Assembly (NCBI GenBank): GCA_038214755.1
Contig: JBBQRQ010000089.1
Coordinates: 1-20,919 of the forward strand
Direction of reading: 5' to 3'
From: Verrucomicrobiota bacterium
Lineage (GTDB): Bacteria; Verrucomicrobiota; Verrucomicrobiia; Limisphaerales; CANJXF01
DNA: 20,919 nt
Positions 1 to 8,752 of the stretch are shown one piece after another (positions within the stretch are counted from its first letter, which is position 1; every line of letters starts with the position of its first letter). The translations under genes and the position numbers were made by a program. Under the pieces are notes generated by a model. It was not told the DNA's origin. It saw nothing but the letters and a program-made list of their open reading frames with translations, and ran no database searches.

Positions 1-222
1 AAAGCGGCCTTTGGCTGCGAGCCGATCCTGATGCGAGAAGGCGGCTCGATTCCAATCGTAACTGATTTCAAAAAAATATTAGACGCGGATACTTTGCTCC
101 TCGGCCTGGCTTTGCCCGATGACAACGCGCATTCGCCCAATGAAAAGTTCGATCTGGATTGTTTCGCCAAAGGAATGGAAATGAGCGCGCACCTTTGGCA
201 GGAATTGGCGAAAATAAAATAG
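1..222 (+). CDS. M20 family dipeptidase (ArgE/DapE/Dug1-like), C-terminal part, truncated by window edge
   Basis: Frame open from base 1: KAAFGCEPILMREGGSIPIV...LPDDNAHSPNEKF; EGGSIP and AHSPNE are M20 dipeptidase C-terminal motifs. Confidence 0.9.
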   Translation, partial: KAAFGCEPILMREGGSIPIVTDFKKILDADTLLLGLALPDDNAHSPNEKFDLDCFAKGMEMSAHLWQELAKIK

Positions 223-258
223 TTAATTGGAAAAACGATTTTTGCCAGCGGGTCGGTG

Positions 259-329
259 CCCTTCTTGGGTAATCAACGAATCACTGCCGAATTCGTCAGG
301 AGAGTTTTCGACAATTTTAAAATTTGGTT
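259..329 (-). repeat. Truncated fourth copy of the head-gene C-terminal segment (array right boundary)
   Basis: Minus strand reads NQILKLSKTLLTNSA(-1 nt)DSLITQEG versus head gene NQILKLSKTLLVNYVGDLLITQEG (2713-2783). Confidence 0.85.
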
Positions 330-949
330 GAAGCGGTCGCGCGTTTCCGAAATTGTCTCAGGCAAGCAAAGATTCCGATTCCCATCGAGAGCAACGCGAT
401 TGAAGACGGTTCTGGCACGATGCCTTCGCGAAACCAGAGGTCGCTACCAGGATTCGGCACTCCTTGAAAGAAAAGAGTTCCGTTTGGATAATTAAAGTTG
501 TTATAGGCACCAATTCCCCACGCGTCGCCGGATTGAACGACCGGCTGAAAATAATAGGTCGTTCCCGGGGTCACTGCCACCGCTGCTGGGAAAAAAAAGT
601 TGGCAACACCATTGCTGCCGCGTCCAAAATTATCCGGAAAAGGTACAGGATCCGTTGAGCCCAAAATCGGCCCAGTGATTGAATCGGACCGCAGATTCAC
701 ATAAACGGTCGCCCCAAGATTATTATTCTGGGTGCCATCGTAGAGGAGGGGTCGAATAAAGCGTACTGAAGAAAAAGACGGGATAAAAGATTGACCGACA
801 GGCTGGCTGGATTGAATCCCTCCTCCCGAGCCGGCACTCTGAGCGTCGTTAGTAACAGACTGTTGATCAAAAATGAAAGTGCTTTGCCCATAGCCCGACA
901 TGGAAAATAAAAGCAGGGCGTAGAACTGTTTCATTAAGTTGGCTTTCAT
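317..949 (-). CDS. PEP-CTERM sorting-domain surface protein, cassette 3 (predicted beta-sandwich, possibly choice-of-anchor R-like)
   Basis: N-terminal signal peptide; C-terminal VPEPSS + hydrophobic helix + RQFRKR; paralog of 1133-1764 and 1948-2586. Confidence 0.92.
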   Translation of the reverse strand: MKANLMKQFYALLLFSMSGYGQSTFIFDQQSVTNDAQSAGSGGGIQSSQPVGQSFIPSFSSVRFIRPLLYDGTQNNNLGATVYVNLRSDSITGPILGSTDPVPFPDNFGRGSNGVANFFFPAAVAVTPGTTYYFQPVVQSGDAWGIGAYNNFNYPNGTLFFQGVPNPGSDLWFREGIVPEPSSIALLSMGIGIFACLRQFRKRATASTKF

Positions 950-1145
950 AAATTTGGAATGTCAATGGGTGCAAACGTGAGGTGCTCAAATTCATCAGAG
1001 CCAACAATCCCTCTTTTCACAAAGTTTGTTCCGTCCCAGTGGACAATAAAAAGTTTTGGCGCGCCAAAGAAAGCGCCCTCTTGGATAATTAGCAGGTCAA
1101 CACATGCTTCGTAAGCCGACTCTCCGACACTTTCAAAATTTTGTT
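946..1145 (-). pseudogene. Orphan C-terminal fragment of the head gene (copy A)
   Basis: NKILKVSESRLTKHV(-1 nt)DLLIIQEGAFFGAPKLFIVHWDGTNFVKRGIVGSDEFEHLTFAPIDIPNL*; its TGA overlaps the ATG of 317-949 (ATGA); no start codon or RBS in frame. Confidence 0.92.
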
Positions 1146-1764
1146 GAAGCGTTGGCGCGCTTCCGAAATTGACTCAGGCAGGCCAAGACTCCGATTCCCA
1201 ACGAGAACAACGCGATTGACGACGGTTCCGGCACGATGCCTTCGCGGAACCAGAGATCACTGCTTGGATTCGGGACGCCTTGAAAAAAAAGAGTGCCACC
1301 TACGTAATTGTAATTATAACCGACTATTGCCCACGTATCACCGGATTGGACAATCGGCTGAAAATAATAAGGTGTTCCAGGTGTTACCGCGACTGGAGTT
1401 GCAAAGAAAAAGTCGGTAAACCCGCGATTACCAAGGCCAAAATTATCCGGCATGGACACTGCGACACTCGAAGCCGAATGGGTCCCATGATGGAATCGGA
1501 GCGCAAGTTCACAAAAACGGTTGCGCCCAAATTATTGTTTGGGGTTCCATCGCCGAACCATAACCGTATGAATCCGATGGAGGAAAACGTCGGGGTGAAA
1601 GATTGTCCGATTGGTTGATTTTGTTGAATCGCTGCCGCTGCACCGCCAGCAGCGACATTCTCATCTGATGATTCCTGGTCATAGATAAAGTTACCTTGGG
1701 CGTGAGCGGAGAGTGACAACAGAAACAATAGTACGCCGAGTTTGCCGAAGAGGTAGCTTTTCAT
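1133..1764 (-). pseudogene. PEP-CTERM surface protein, cassette 2, 1-nt frameshift near 1476
   Basis: ORF 1384-1764 gives the N-half up to SDSIMGPI and ORF 1133-1459 the C-half with VPEPSS; restoring one base gives GPILASSVAVSMPDNF, collinear with the paralogs. Confidence 0.88.
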
Positions 1765-1960
1765 AAGTTAGGAATGGTAATTGGAGCAAACGTAACGTGT
1801 TCAAATTCGTTGGAATAAACGATGCCCCTTTTTACGAAACCTGGGCCATTCCAATGGACAATAAAAAGTTTTGGCGCGCCAAAGAAAGCGCCCTCTTGGA
1901 TAATTAGCAGGTCAACACATGCTTCGTAAGCCGGCTCTCCGACACTTTCAAAATTTTGTT
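1761..1960 (-). pseudogene. Orphan C-terminal fragment of the head gene (copy B)
   Basis: NKILKVSESRLTKHV(-1 nt)DLLIIQEGAFFGAPKLFIVHWNGPGFVKRGIVYSNEFEHVTFAPITIPNL*; ATGA overlap with 1133-1764. Confidence 0.92.
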
Positions 1961-2586
1961 GAAGCGTTGGCGGGTTTCCGAAATTGACTCAGGCAAGCAA
2001 AGACTCCGATTCCCAACGAGAGCAACGCGATTGACGATGGTTCGGGAACGACACCTTCGCGAAACCACAGATCATCAGACAGGAACGGGTTTCCTTGCGA
2101 GTATGCGGTGCCGCCGGGATAATTATAATGGTAGGAAACAAGTCCCCAAGTATCGCCAGATTGGACAACGGGCTGAAAATAATATGGAGTCCCGGGACTC
2201 ACCGATATGGGATTGAAAAAATAAAAATCAATATAGGCAGGAGTGCCGAATCTCCCAAGACCATCAGGCAAGGAAACGGAGCCGCTTGATCCCAGGACGG
2301 TTCCTGTAATTGAACCAGATCGCAAATTGACGTAAAGCGTAGCCCCTAAATTGTTAGATGGGCTGCCATCAAAAAGGTCTAATCGGATGAAACCCACGAA
2401 CGGAAAGCTAGGGGTAAAAGATTGACCGATTGGTTGGTTGGATTGAATAGTGACTGCCGAACCGCCACCGGTGGTCTCAGTCGCTGATTGCTGATCATAA
2501 ATAAATGTCCCTTGGCCGTTAGCACAAATACAAATACTGAATGCCAAAAAGGCAATCGAAGACCAGCCGACCAAGTTTGTTTTCAT
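1948..2586 (-). CDS. PEP-CTERM surface protein, cassette 1 (cognate of the head gene)
   Basis: Signal peptide, VPEPSS + TM helix + basic tail; ATG overlaps the head gene TGA (2583-2586). Confidence 0.92.
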   Translation of the reverse strand: MKTNLVGWSSIAFLAFSICICANGQGTFIYDQQSATETTGGGSAVTIQSNQPIGQSFTPSFPFVGFIRLDLFDGSPSNNLGATLYVNLRSGSITGTVLGSSGSVSLPDGLGRFGTPAYIDFYFFNPISVSPGTPYYFQPVVQSGDTWGLVSYHYNYPGGTAYSQGNPFLSDDLWFREGVVPEPSSIALLSLGIGVFACLSQFRKPANASTKF

Positions 2587-4433
2587 AAATTTGGAATGTT
2601 GATCGGTGCAAAGGTGATATGCTCAAATTCATCGGAGCCAGCGATCCCTCTTTTCACAAAGTTCGTTCCGTCCCAGTGAACAATAAAAAGTTTTGGCTTC
2701 CCAAAGGAGGCACCCTCTTGGGTAATTAGCAGATCACCCACATAGTTCACAAGCAAGGTTTTCGATAATTTTAAAATTTGATTATTGCTTTGATCAACAC
2801 AGTAGAGATCTTGATTGGCGGGAATGATCTCGAAATCTTCTGGAGCAATGCCAAGATCATCATATGAGGTGATAATTCCATTCGTGCTGACGGTATAAAT
2901 GAGAGGAGGAGTTTTGGCTTCGGCACCTGTAATAATTTTCCCCGCCCAAGGCCCCCATTTCTGCACATCGTTAGTGAGCGTAATAACGCCTTCCAGATGA
3001 GTGAAAGGAATATCCCCCACCCTACTCGCAGAGCCTGTTGAATTGATTCGCCATACGCCGCCGCCTGTAAACGAATCAGCACCCGTTACCGCGATCAAAT
3101 CGCCGCCAAAGTTGCCGCTCTGATCCACGTGCAGGCTGCCTCGTAACAAAGTTTCGTTCGGGAGCGTGACCCAGTTGGTGAGGCCTATCGTTCCATCAGC
3201 AGACAGCCGTCCAATTTCACCTTCCGTGCCTGTGCAAAAAACATTTCCCCGTTGGTAAAGCCATTAACCGTTGCTTTCGCTGTGGCAATTTTAATTTCTT
3301 CTGGCAATCCAGAGATGGCCGACCAGTTCGTCACAAAGCCGTTCGTGTCAATCCGGGCGAAGTTGTTGGGTTGACCGCTATCATAATTGTAAGAAACCAG
3401 CAGCGAATTACTCGGCGAATGATAATCAATACCAACTGGATGAGACAAATTAGTGGCAACGACCGTAAATATATTTGTCGGAAAATAATCCTCAATCGTG
3501 ACTGTTGCCGTTGAGTTGGAGCAGGGGAAATATCCATTGGTGCGGATCAACGTCAGCGTCACCGTTTCTTCAAACTCAATTAAATTATCTTCCAAAGGTC
3601 CGATGAGTAAATTTGTGGACGTATTGCCGGCTGGAACCGTGATGTAGGAAAAAATGTTGGTGTAATCAACTCCATTGCTCGCGGTGCCGCTAATTCTATA
3701 ATGCACCGTCAAATCGGAAGCCGTCGAACCGGTGCGGGAAAAGGTAAATATCCCGTTCACCGCCGCGACGCTGTTGCTCGCGTTAGGTTCTTGGGCAATG
3801 TCCAGGCCAAACCTGCCGTTGTTGTCAATACAGACCACGACATCCGGCTGAACCGCCTCGAAAAATTTCATCGGCGTGGTAATAGGAAACGGAGAGAGCG
3901 GCGTCACGTCAGCCAGCCCATAAAAATCGCGATCAAAAATCCATTCTGAAATTATTCAAGTCGGATTTGCTGAGAATTTGATAATACAAATTTGCCTCGG
4001 TGCCATGTGCGGTGAGATAAATCAGATTGTTGGTCTCTTCAATTGAAAGCCAAAGTCCGGAGGTGTAATGGTAGGCCGGTCCGGGAACGGGCGGATTGTC
4101 ATACTCGCCGCCCTCGCCTTCGCCGGGAGAGGGTGCTCCGCTTTCATTGGATAAGCTCATCAAAAATTTCATCAATGCCCTTTCTTCTTTCAAAGCATCG
4201 TAATTCACGGCGCGGTCATCGAATACTAGAACGTCTCCCCAGGAAAAAACATTTAGCTCTGGCCACGGATTCATCGGAAATGGAGGTTGATTGGTAAGCT
4301 GAAGAGAGAAAAATGTTCCCGAGGCGGGAGGAGCCGAAACGAATTTCAACTCTTGCGCCTGGACGCACCAGACGAGATTTAATCCAATGAGAAGGAGAAG
4401 CGGTTTCGCAGTTAAGGGGTGTGAGGTTTTCAT
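2583..4433 (-). pseudogene. Secreted ~616-aa protein with Calx-beta-like domain and probable C-terminal beta-propeller; two 1-nt frameshifts (about 3949, +1; about 3234, -1)
   Basis: Signal peptide MKTSHPLTAKPLLLLIGLNLVWCVQA; three ORFs join as ...SKSDLNNSEWIFDRDFYGLADVTPLS... and ...GEMFFGTGTEGEIGRLSADG...TLLRGSLHVDQ; Calx-beta-like FTFSRTG..DLTVHY.ISGTASNGVDY...DNLIEFEETVTLTL; propeller-like PVGIDY, RGSLHVD, LEGVI, PEDFEI, FEHITFAP repeats. Confidence 0.8.
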
Positions 4434-4465
4434 GTTTTTTGATTCATATCCCAGTGGGGGTGCCA

Positions 4466-4494
4466 ACCATGAATCCGAACTACCGGAAGCGCAA
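4466..4494 (-). promoter_or_regulatory. Candidate sigma70 promoter for the head gene
   Basis: Minus strand TTGCGC-17 nt-CATGGT, ending 32 nt upstream of the ATG at 4433. Confidence 0.4.
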
Positions 4495-4565
4495 GCACAA
4501 TATCGGAAATGACATAAAGTATACCTGATGGATCGTTACAGGGGTTCCTGCTCTGTTAGCCGCTC

Positions 4566-4787
4566 GTGCCGGCTATCCCGCAACATCGCAAAAGTTTGGG
4601 CGAACGAATTCGCGCGAGGCGTACCAAGGCCAAATTAACGCAAGAGAAGTTGGCTGAAAAAGCTGACCTTTCGACGGTTTATATCAGCGACCTTGAGCGC
4701 GGGAGAGAGAATGTTTCGGTTGATTCCCTGTTAAGAATTGCAAAGGCTTTACAGGTCCGCGTTCGCGACTTCATCCGTGACTTTTAG
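4566..4787 (+). CDS. XRE-family helix-turn-helix transcriptional regulator
   Basis: LGERIRARR..LTQEKLAEKADLSTVYISDLERGRENVSVDSLLRIAKAL is a canonical HTH_3; divergent from the head gene. Confidence 0.93.
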   Translation: MPAIPQHRKSLGERIRARRTKAKLTQEKLAEKADLSTVYISDLERGRENVSVDSLLRIAKALQVRVRDFIRDF

Positions 4788-4900
4788 ATCAGTCGCCCTT
4801 CACAGTTTGGAGCAGCCAAGGCCTCTATTGCGTTGCCGGAAACTTTTCGCCTTTTGTTTTCGTTACGCTAACTTTTGATCGGTTTTGGAATTTGCTCATC

Positions 4901-5899
4901 ATGGCTCTGGGAAAATCAAATGACGCATTAAAAGCTTCCTGGATTTTATTTCTGGCCACGGTTTTTTGGGGATTCAGTTTTCTGGGAATGAAAGCACTGG
5001 GCCTGACTCAGAAAAAAATTCTGCCCGAAGGAAGCAGTTGGTTTTTCGCGTCGCTTTCACTCGCCGTCCGCTTCGGTTTTTCCGCGCTGATTTTATTGTT
5101 GTGGTCTCTCCGGACTTTGCGCGACCTCACCCGTCGGGAGTTTGAACAAGGCGCAGGACTGGGTCTCGTCGGCGGCGTCGGCCTTCTTTTTCAAATGGAC
5201 GGAGTCAATTACACGTCAGCATCCACCGCCGCATTTTTGACGCAATGCTATTGCTTGTTCATCCCAATCGTTGTCGCGTTCCGCAAAAAATCGTGGCCGG
5301 CCAAAACACTTTTATTCAGTTGCGCCATGGTGGTCACGGGCGCGGCGATTCTGTCGAACGTCAATTGGCGGGAACTGCGCCTCGGTCGCGGTGAATTGGA
5401 AGTGATCGCCGCCTCGATTTTTTTTACCGCGCAAATTCTGTGGCTGGAGAATCCAAAATATTCCGGCAACAATGTCAACCACGTCACCGTCATCATGTTT
5501 GTGGTCAACCTTCTTTCCATCCTGCCGACACTTTTTCTCACAAGACCCTCGTGGCCCGCGGTTGTGGCGGTCTGTCAATCCACGCCAGTCCTGGTGCTTT
5601 ACGCTCTGCTCACTCTTTTTTGCACCTTGGCCGCTTACACCATGATGAATTATTGGCAGCCGCATATTGATGCCACTCGCGCTGGATTGATCTATTGCGC
5701 TGAACCGGTGTTCGCCAGCGTGTTCGCGCTCTTTCTGCCCCGCTTGCTTTCGGATTTTGCCGCGATCAATTATCCCAACGAAGAACTCACCATCAATCTG
5801 TTCATCGGCGGCGCGTTGATCACCGCAGCAAACATTTTGCTTTTGCTGAATGCAGCGTGGTTGGCCAAAAATCCAAAAGGCGAATTCAAAACACTGTGA
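4901..5899 (+). CDS. DMT/EamA family transporter
   Basis: About 10 hydrophobic segments, FWGFSF start motif, TSASTAAFLT, AGLIYCAEPVFA; ATG at 4901 preferred. Confidence 0.9.
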   Translation: MALGKSNDALKASWILFLATVFWGFSFLGMKALGLTQKKILPEGSSWFFASLSLAVRFGFSALILLLWSLRTLRDLTRREFEQGAGLGLVGGVGLLFQMDGVNYTSASTAAFLTQCYCLFIPIVVAFRKKSWPAKTLLFSCAMVVTGAAILSNVNWRELRLGRGELEVIAASIFFTAQILWLENPKYSGNNVNHVTVIMFVVNLLSILPTLFLTRPSWPAVVAVCQSTPVLVLYALLTLFCTLAAYTMMNYWQPHIDATRAGLIYCAEPVFASVFALFLPRLLSDFAAINYPNEELTINLFIGGALITAANILLLLNAAWLAKNPKGEFKTL

Positions 5900-7131
5900 A
5901 AATATTTTCCCTTTTGTTGATTGTCGGCGTGGGCGTGTCACCTCTTTTTGCCGGAGAAGATTGGCCGCAATTTCGCGGGCCGGACGGGCAAGGGCGTTCG
6001 GATTCCGAAAACGTTCCGGTGCGCTGGAGCGAAACTGAAAACGTGAAATGGAAAACGACGATTCCCGGCCAGGGTTGGTCGTCGCCGGTCCTTCTCGGAA
6101 AACAGATTTGGCTGACCACCGCTCTGGAAAATGGGAAATCATTGCGAGCCGTTTGGGTGGATCGTGAGACGGGAAAAATTTTGCAAAACGTGGAGGTGTT
6201 TGCCATGGAAGCGCCCGATTTCAAACATGAGTTGAACAGCTATGCCTCGCCGACTCCGGTCATTGAACCCGGTCGCGTTTTCGTTCATTTCGGAACTTAC
6301 GGCACAGCCTGTCTGTCCACCGGCGACGGGAAAATTCTCTGGAAAAATCAGGAGCTGAAGTTGCAACACGAGAATGGGCCGGGCAGCTCGCCCATTTTGT
6401 TACGCGATAAATTGATCATCCCCTGCGACGGAATGGATGTCCGTTATTTGATCGCGTTGAATAAGTTGACCGGGAAAACCATTTGGAAAACCGAGCGTTC
6501 TGGCGTGATCAACAAAGCGCCTCCCTTTCGCAAAGCCTACAGCACGCCTCTGGTGATCCACGTCAACGGTCGCGAACAAATCGTCAGTGCGGCCGCTGAT
6601 TATGTATTCGGTTACGAGCCGGACAGCGGCAAAGAAATCTGGCGCGCGCATTATGAAGGTTACTCCAACGTGCCACGCCCGGTTTACGGCGGCGGATTAC
6701 TTTTCATCTGCACGGGGTTTGACAAACCGCAACTTTGGGCGATTCGCCCCGATGGAACTGGCGACGTCACCTCCTCGCATGTGGTGTGGAAATATCTCAA
6801 ACAAGTTCCGCTCAAACCATCGCCGCTTTTCGTGGATGGCAGACTTTATTTCGTCAGCGACAACGGAATTGCGACGTGCCTCGAAGGACAATCCGGCAAG
6901 GAAATCTGGCAGGAGCGGCTCAGCGGAGAACATTCGGCATCCCCGGTTTATGTGGGTGGAAAAATTTATTTCTTCAGCCAGGAGGGGACAAGCGTCGTTC
7001 TGGAGCCGGGGCCTATTTTCAAACCCATCGCCACCAACCAACTTGGCACGGGCTTCATGGCCTCACCCGCGATTTCGGGCAATGCATTCTATCTGCGCAG
7101 TAAAACCCACCTTTACCGGACTGAGAAATAA
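5896..7131 (+). CDS. PQQ-like beta-propeller repeat protein (BamB-like family expanded in PVC bacteria)
   Basis: Signal peptide then EDWPQFRGPDGQG, WSSPV, YASPTP, YSTP, SASPV, MASPA; GTG start overlaps upstream TGA (GTGA). Confidence 0.92.
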   Translation: MKIFSLLLIVGVGVSPLFAGEDWPQFRGPDGQGRSDSENVPVRWSETENVKWKTTIPGQGWSSPVLLGKQIWLTTALENGKSLRAVWVDRETGKILQNVEVFAMEAPDFKHELNSYASPTPVIEPGRVFVHFGTYGTACLSTGDGKILWKNQELKLQHENGPGSSPILLRDKLIIPCDGMDVRYLIALNKLTGKTIWKTERSGVINKAPPFRKAYSTPLVIHVNGREQIVSAAADYVFGYEPDSGKEIWRAHYEGYSNVPRPVYGGGLLFICTGFDKPQLWAIRPDGTGDVTSSHVVWKYLKQVPLKPSPLFVDGRLYFVSDNGIATCLEGQSGKEIWQERLSGEHSASPVYVGGKIYFFSQEGTSVVLEPGPIFKPIATNQLGTGFMASPAISGNAFYLRSKTHLYRTEK

Positions 7132-7173
7132 GTTTCGCCCTGCGACGAATATAGGATATTGCTTTATTTGAAG

Positions 7174-7191
7174 TATCTTGACATGAAGGTA
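7174..7191. promoter_or_regulatory. Imperfect palindrome containing TTGACA; candidate MarR operator/promoter
   Basis: TATCTTGACATGAAGGTA (12/18 self-complementary) upstream of marR. Confidence 0.5.
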
Positions 7192-7213
7192 TCTATTGAA
7201 CAAGTTGGTGGGC

Positions 7214-7306
7214 GTTGAATCGTGAATGGTTGAATGGTTGAATCGCTGAATCGTGAAACGTGAAACGTGAGGCCCGGATTTACGGTTCAACGCTTTAACG
7301 ATTCAC
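7214..7306. repeat. 7-8-mer tandem array with an inverted counter-array
   Basis: GTTGAATC GTGAATG GTTGAATG GTTGAATC GCTGAATC GTGAAAC GTGAAAC ... TTTACG GTTCAACG CTTTAACG ATTCAC. Confidence 0.8.
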
Positions 7307-7316
7307 AAAAGCGCGC

Positions 7317-7829
7317 ATGGCAAAAATGGATACAAGCGGTGTGCATGTCTGGCTGGTCTTGTGGAAAGCGACCAGTGCGATTGAAGCTCATGCGCTCGAA
7401 AGCATCGGTGCCCTCGGCATGGGGCAATCGGACTTTGCCGTTTTAGAAGCGTTGCTGCACAAGGGGCCGCTGCCAGTGAACGCCATTGGCAAAAAAGTTT
7501 TGCTCACCAGCGGTTCCAGCACAACGGCGGTGGACCGCTTGGAGAAACGCAATTTCGTTGAGCGAAAGTGGGGCCATCGCGATCGACGGGTTTGCCTGGT
7601 TCAGCTGACCGCTTCCGGTCGTCGTCTGATCAGCACAGCATTTGCCGACCACGCAAAAACAATGGAACGGGCGGCGGAAGGTTTGACTCGGCGAGAGCGG
7701 AAAACCTTTCTCATCCTGCTAAAAAAACTCGGACTGCGCGCCCAGGATTTACTGAGCGAAAACGCAAACCAAAACAAAAATGCAGAAAGGAAACCGTATG
7801 ATAAAAAAACTATTCAAAACAAACGATGA
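7317..7829 (+). CDS. MarR family regulator (MhqR-like)
   Basis: DFAVLEALLHKGPLPVNAIGKKVLLTSGS.TTAVDRLE...DRRV..VQLTASG winged HTH. Confidence 0.93.
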   Translation: MAKMDTSGVHVWLVLWKATSAIEAHALESIGALGMGQSDFAVLEALLHKGPLPVNAIGKKVLLTSGSSTTAVDRLEKRNFVERKWGHRDRRVCLVQLTASGRRLISTAFADHAKTMERAAEGLTRRERKTFLILLKKLGLRAQDLLSENANQNKNAERKPYDKKTIQNKR

Positions 7830-8274
7830 GGTCGCGCCATTGATCCTGCGGGTTCTATTGGCGGTGGTGTTTTTTCCGCATGGCGCGCAAAAGGTGCTGG
7901 GCTGGTTTGGCGGCCATGGCTTTTCCGGGACGATGAAATTTTTCACGGAAGGCGCTCACATTCCTGCGCCGCTGGCTTTCCTGGCAATTCTGGCGGAGTT
8001 CGGCGGAGCGATCGCGCTATTTTTCGGATTGCTCACCCGCGTTTCGGCTTTCGGTATCGGCACTGTGATGGCGGTGGCGATCATCAAGGTGCATGCGGTT
8101 AACGGATTTTTCATGAACTGGGAAGGCAAACAGTTGGCCGAAGGTTTTGAATATCACCTGTTGGCTCTGGCCATCGCTCTTGCCTTGATGGCGCAAGGCG
8201 GCGGAAAATTATCTTTGGATTCACTGATTTACCGGAAGCTAAACATTCCGGCAACTCCTCCCACCAACGGCTAA
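7798..8274 (+). CDS. DoxX family membrane protein
   Basis: LILRVLLAVVFFPHGAQKVLGWFGG, AEFGG, GLLTR, GFEYHLL; RBS-like GAAAGGA before ATG 7798. Confidence 0.93.
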   Translation: MIKKLFKTNDEVAPLILRVLLAVVFFPHGAQKVLGWFGGHGFSGTMKFFTEGAHIPAPLAFLAILAEFGGAIALFFGLLTRVSAFGIGTVMAVAIIKVHAVNGFFMNWEGKQLAEGFEYHLLALAIALALMAQGGGKLSLDSLIYRKLNIPATPPTNG

Positions 8275-8298
8275 CTCAACCCTGAAAAAGGAACAACT

Positions 8299-8751
8299 AT
8301 GAATGCTGAAAAAATTAAATTGCTGGCGAAAGATTTGACCAAAGAATATCCGCGCGGGCCGCGTGAATTATTGGCTGGATACGTTTTGGCCGCGCGCTGT
8401 TTGGATAAGTGCCGGGGCGTGCTCAACAAAACGGAGGGCGAATATCATTACAATTGTCCGTTGGACCAACGCTTCTTGAAGTTCGCACAGATCGACCCGA
8501 AAAAATTGAAAAACTTCGTCGCGACCGGGGCCACGGATTCCGAAGTCGCGGATTGGATCACGGCCAACGCGAAGAAGCGCAAGCGGATGGAAATCATCCA
8601 GTGGAACAATCAACAACGCGACGCGCGCTTGAGCGATCTGCCCCCTGAGACGCAGGAATTCATGGAGGATTACATCCAGAAATTTATTCCGCGCAATCGC
8701 CCGATTTATCAGTGGTTCGACGTTTACGACATCGAAGAGCAAAGGATTTGA
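8299..8751 (+). CDS. DUF5069 domain protein
   Basis: DLTKEYPRGPRELLAGY...RCLDKCR...GEYHYNCPLDQRFL...WFDVYDIEE; RBS AAAGGAA. Confidence 0.85.
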   Translation: MNAEKIKLLAKDLTKEYPRGPRELLAGYVLAARCLDKCRGVLNKTEGEYHYNCPLDQRFLKFAQIDPKKLKNFVATGATDSEVADWITANAKKRKRMEIIQWNNQQRDARLSDLPPETQEFMEDYIQKFIPRNRPIYQWFDVYDIEEQRI

Positions 8752-8752
8752 A

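Noticed and set aside
256..2679. Plus-strand ORFs (256-495, 1141-1419, 1280-1618, 1956-2216, etc.) that look like a repeated family
   Set aside because: Antisense shadows of the PEP-CTERM genes; their similarity derives from the DNA repeat
259..2783. Diversity-generating retroelement (TR/VR pairs) as explanation of the repeated C-terminal segments
   Set aside because: Differences are not adenine-specific (e.g. GGG/GGC, ACC/ACG, TTT/TTC) and fall mostly at third codon positions; no reverse transcriptase in the window
259..2783. Integron cassette array or CRISPR array
   Set aside because: Repeats are ~200-bp protein-coding fragments, not attC palindromes or 25-45 bp repeats with unique spacers; no integrase or cas genes in the window
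4505..4550. C-box/operator palindrome upstream of the XRE gene (CCTG...CAGG, GTATAC)
   Set aside because: Only 4-6 bp of symmetry; not distinguishable from chance
7214..7306. Mini-CRISPR
   Set aside because: Units are 7-8 nt with no spacers
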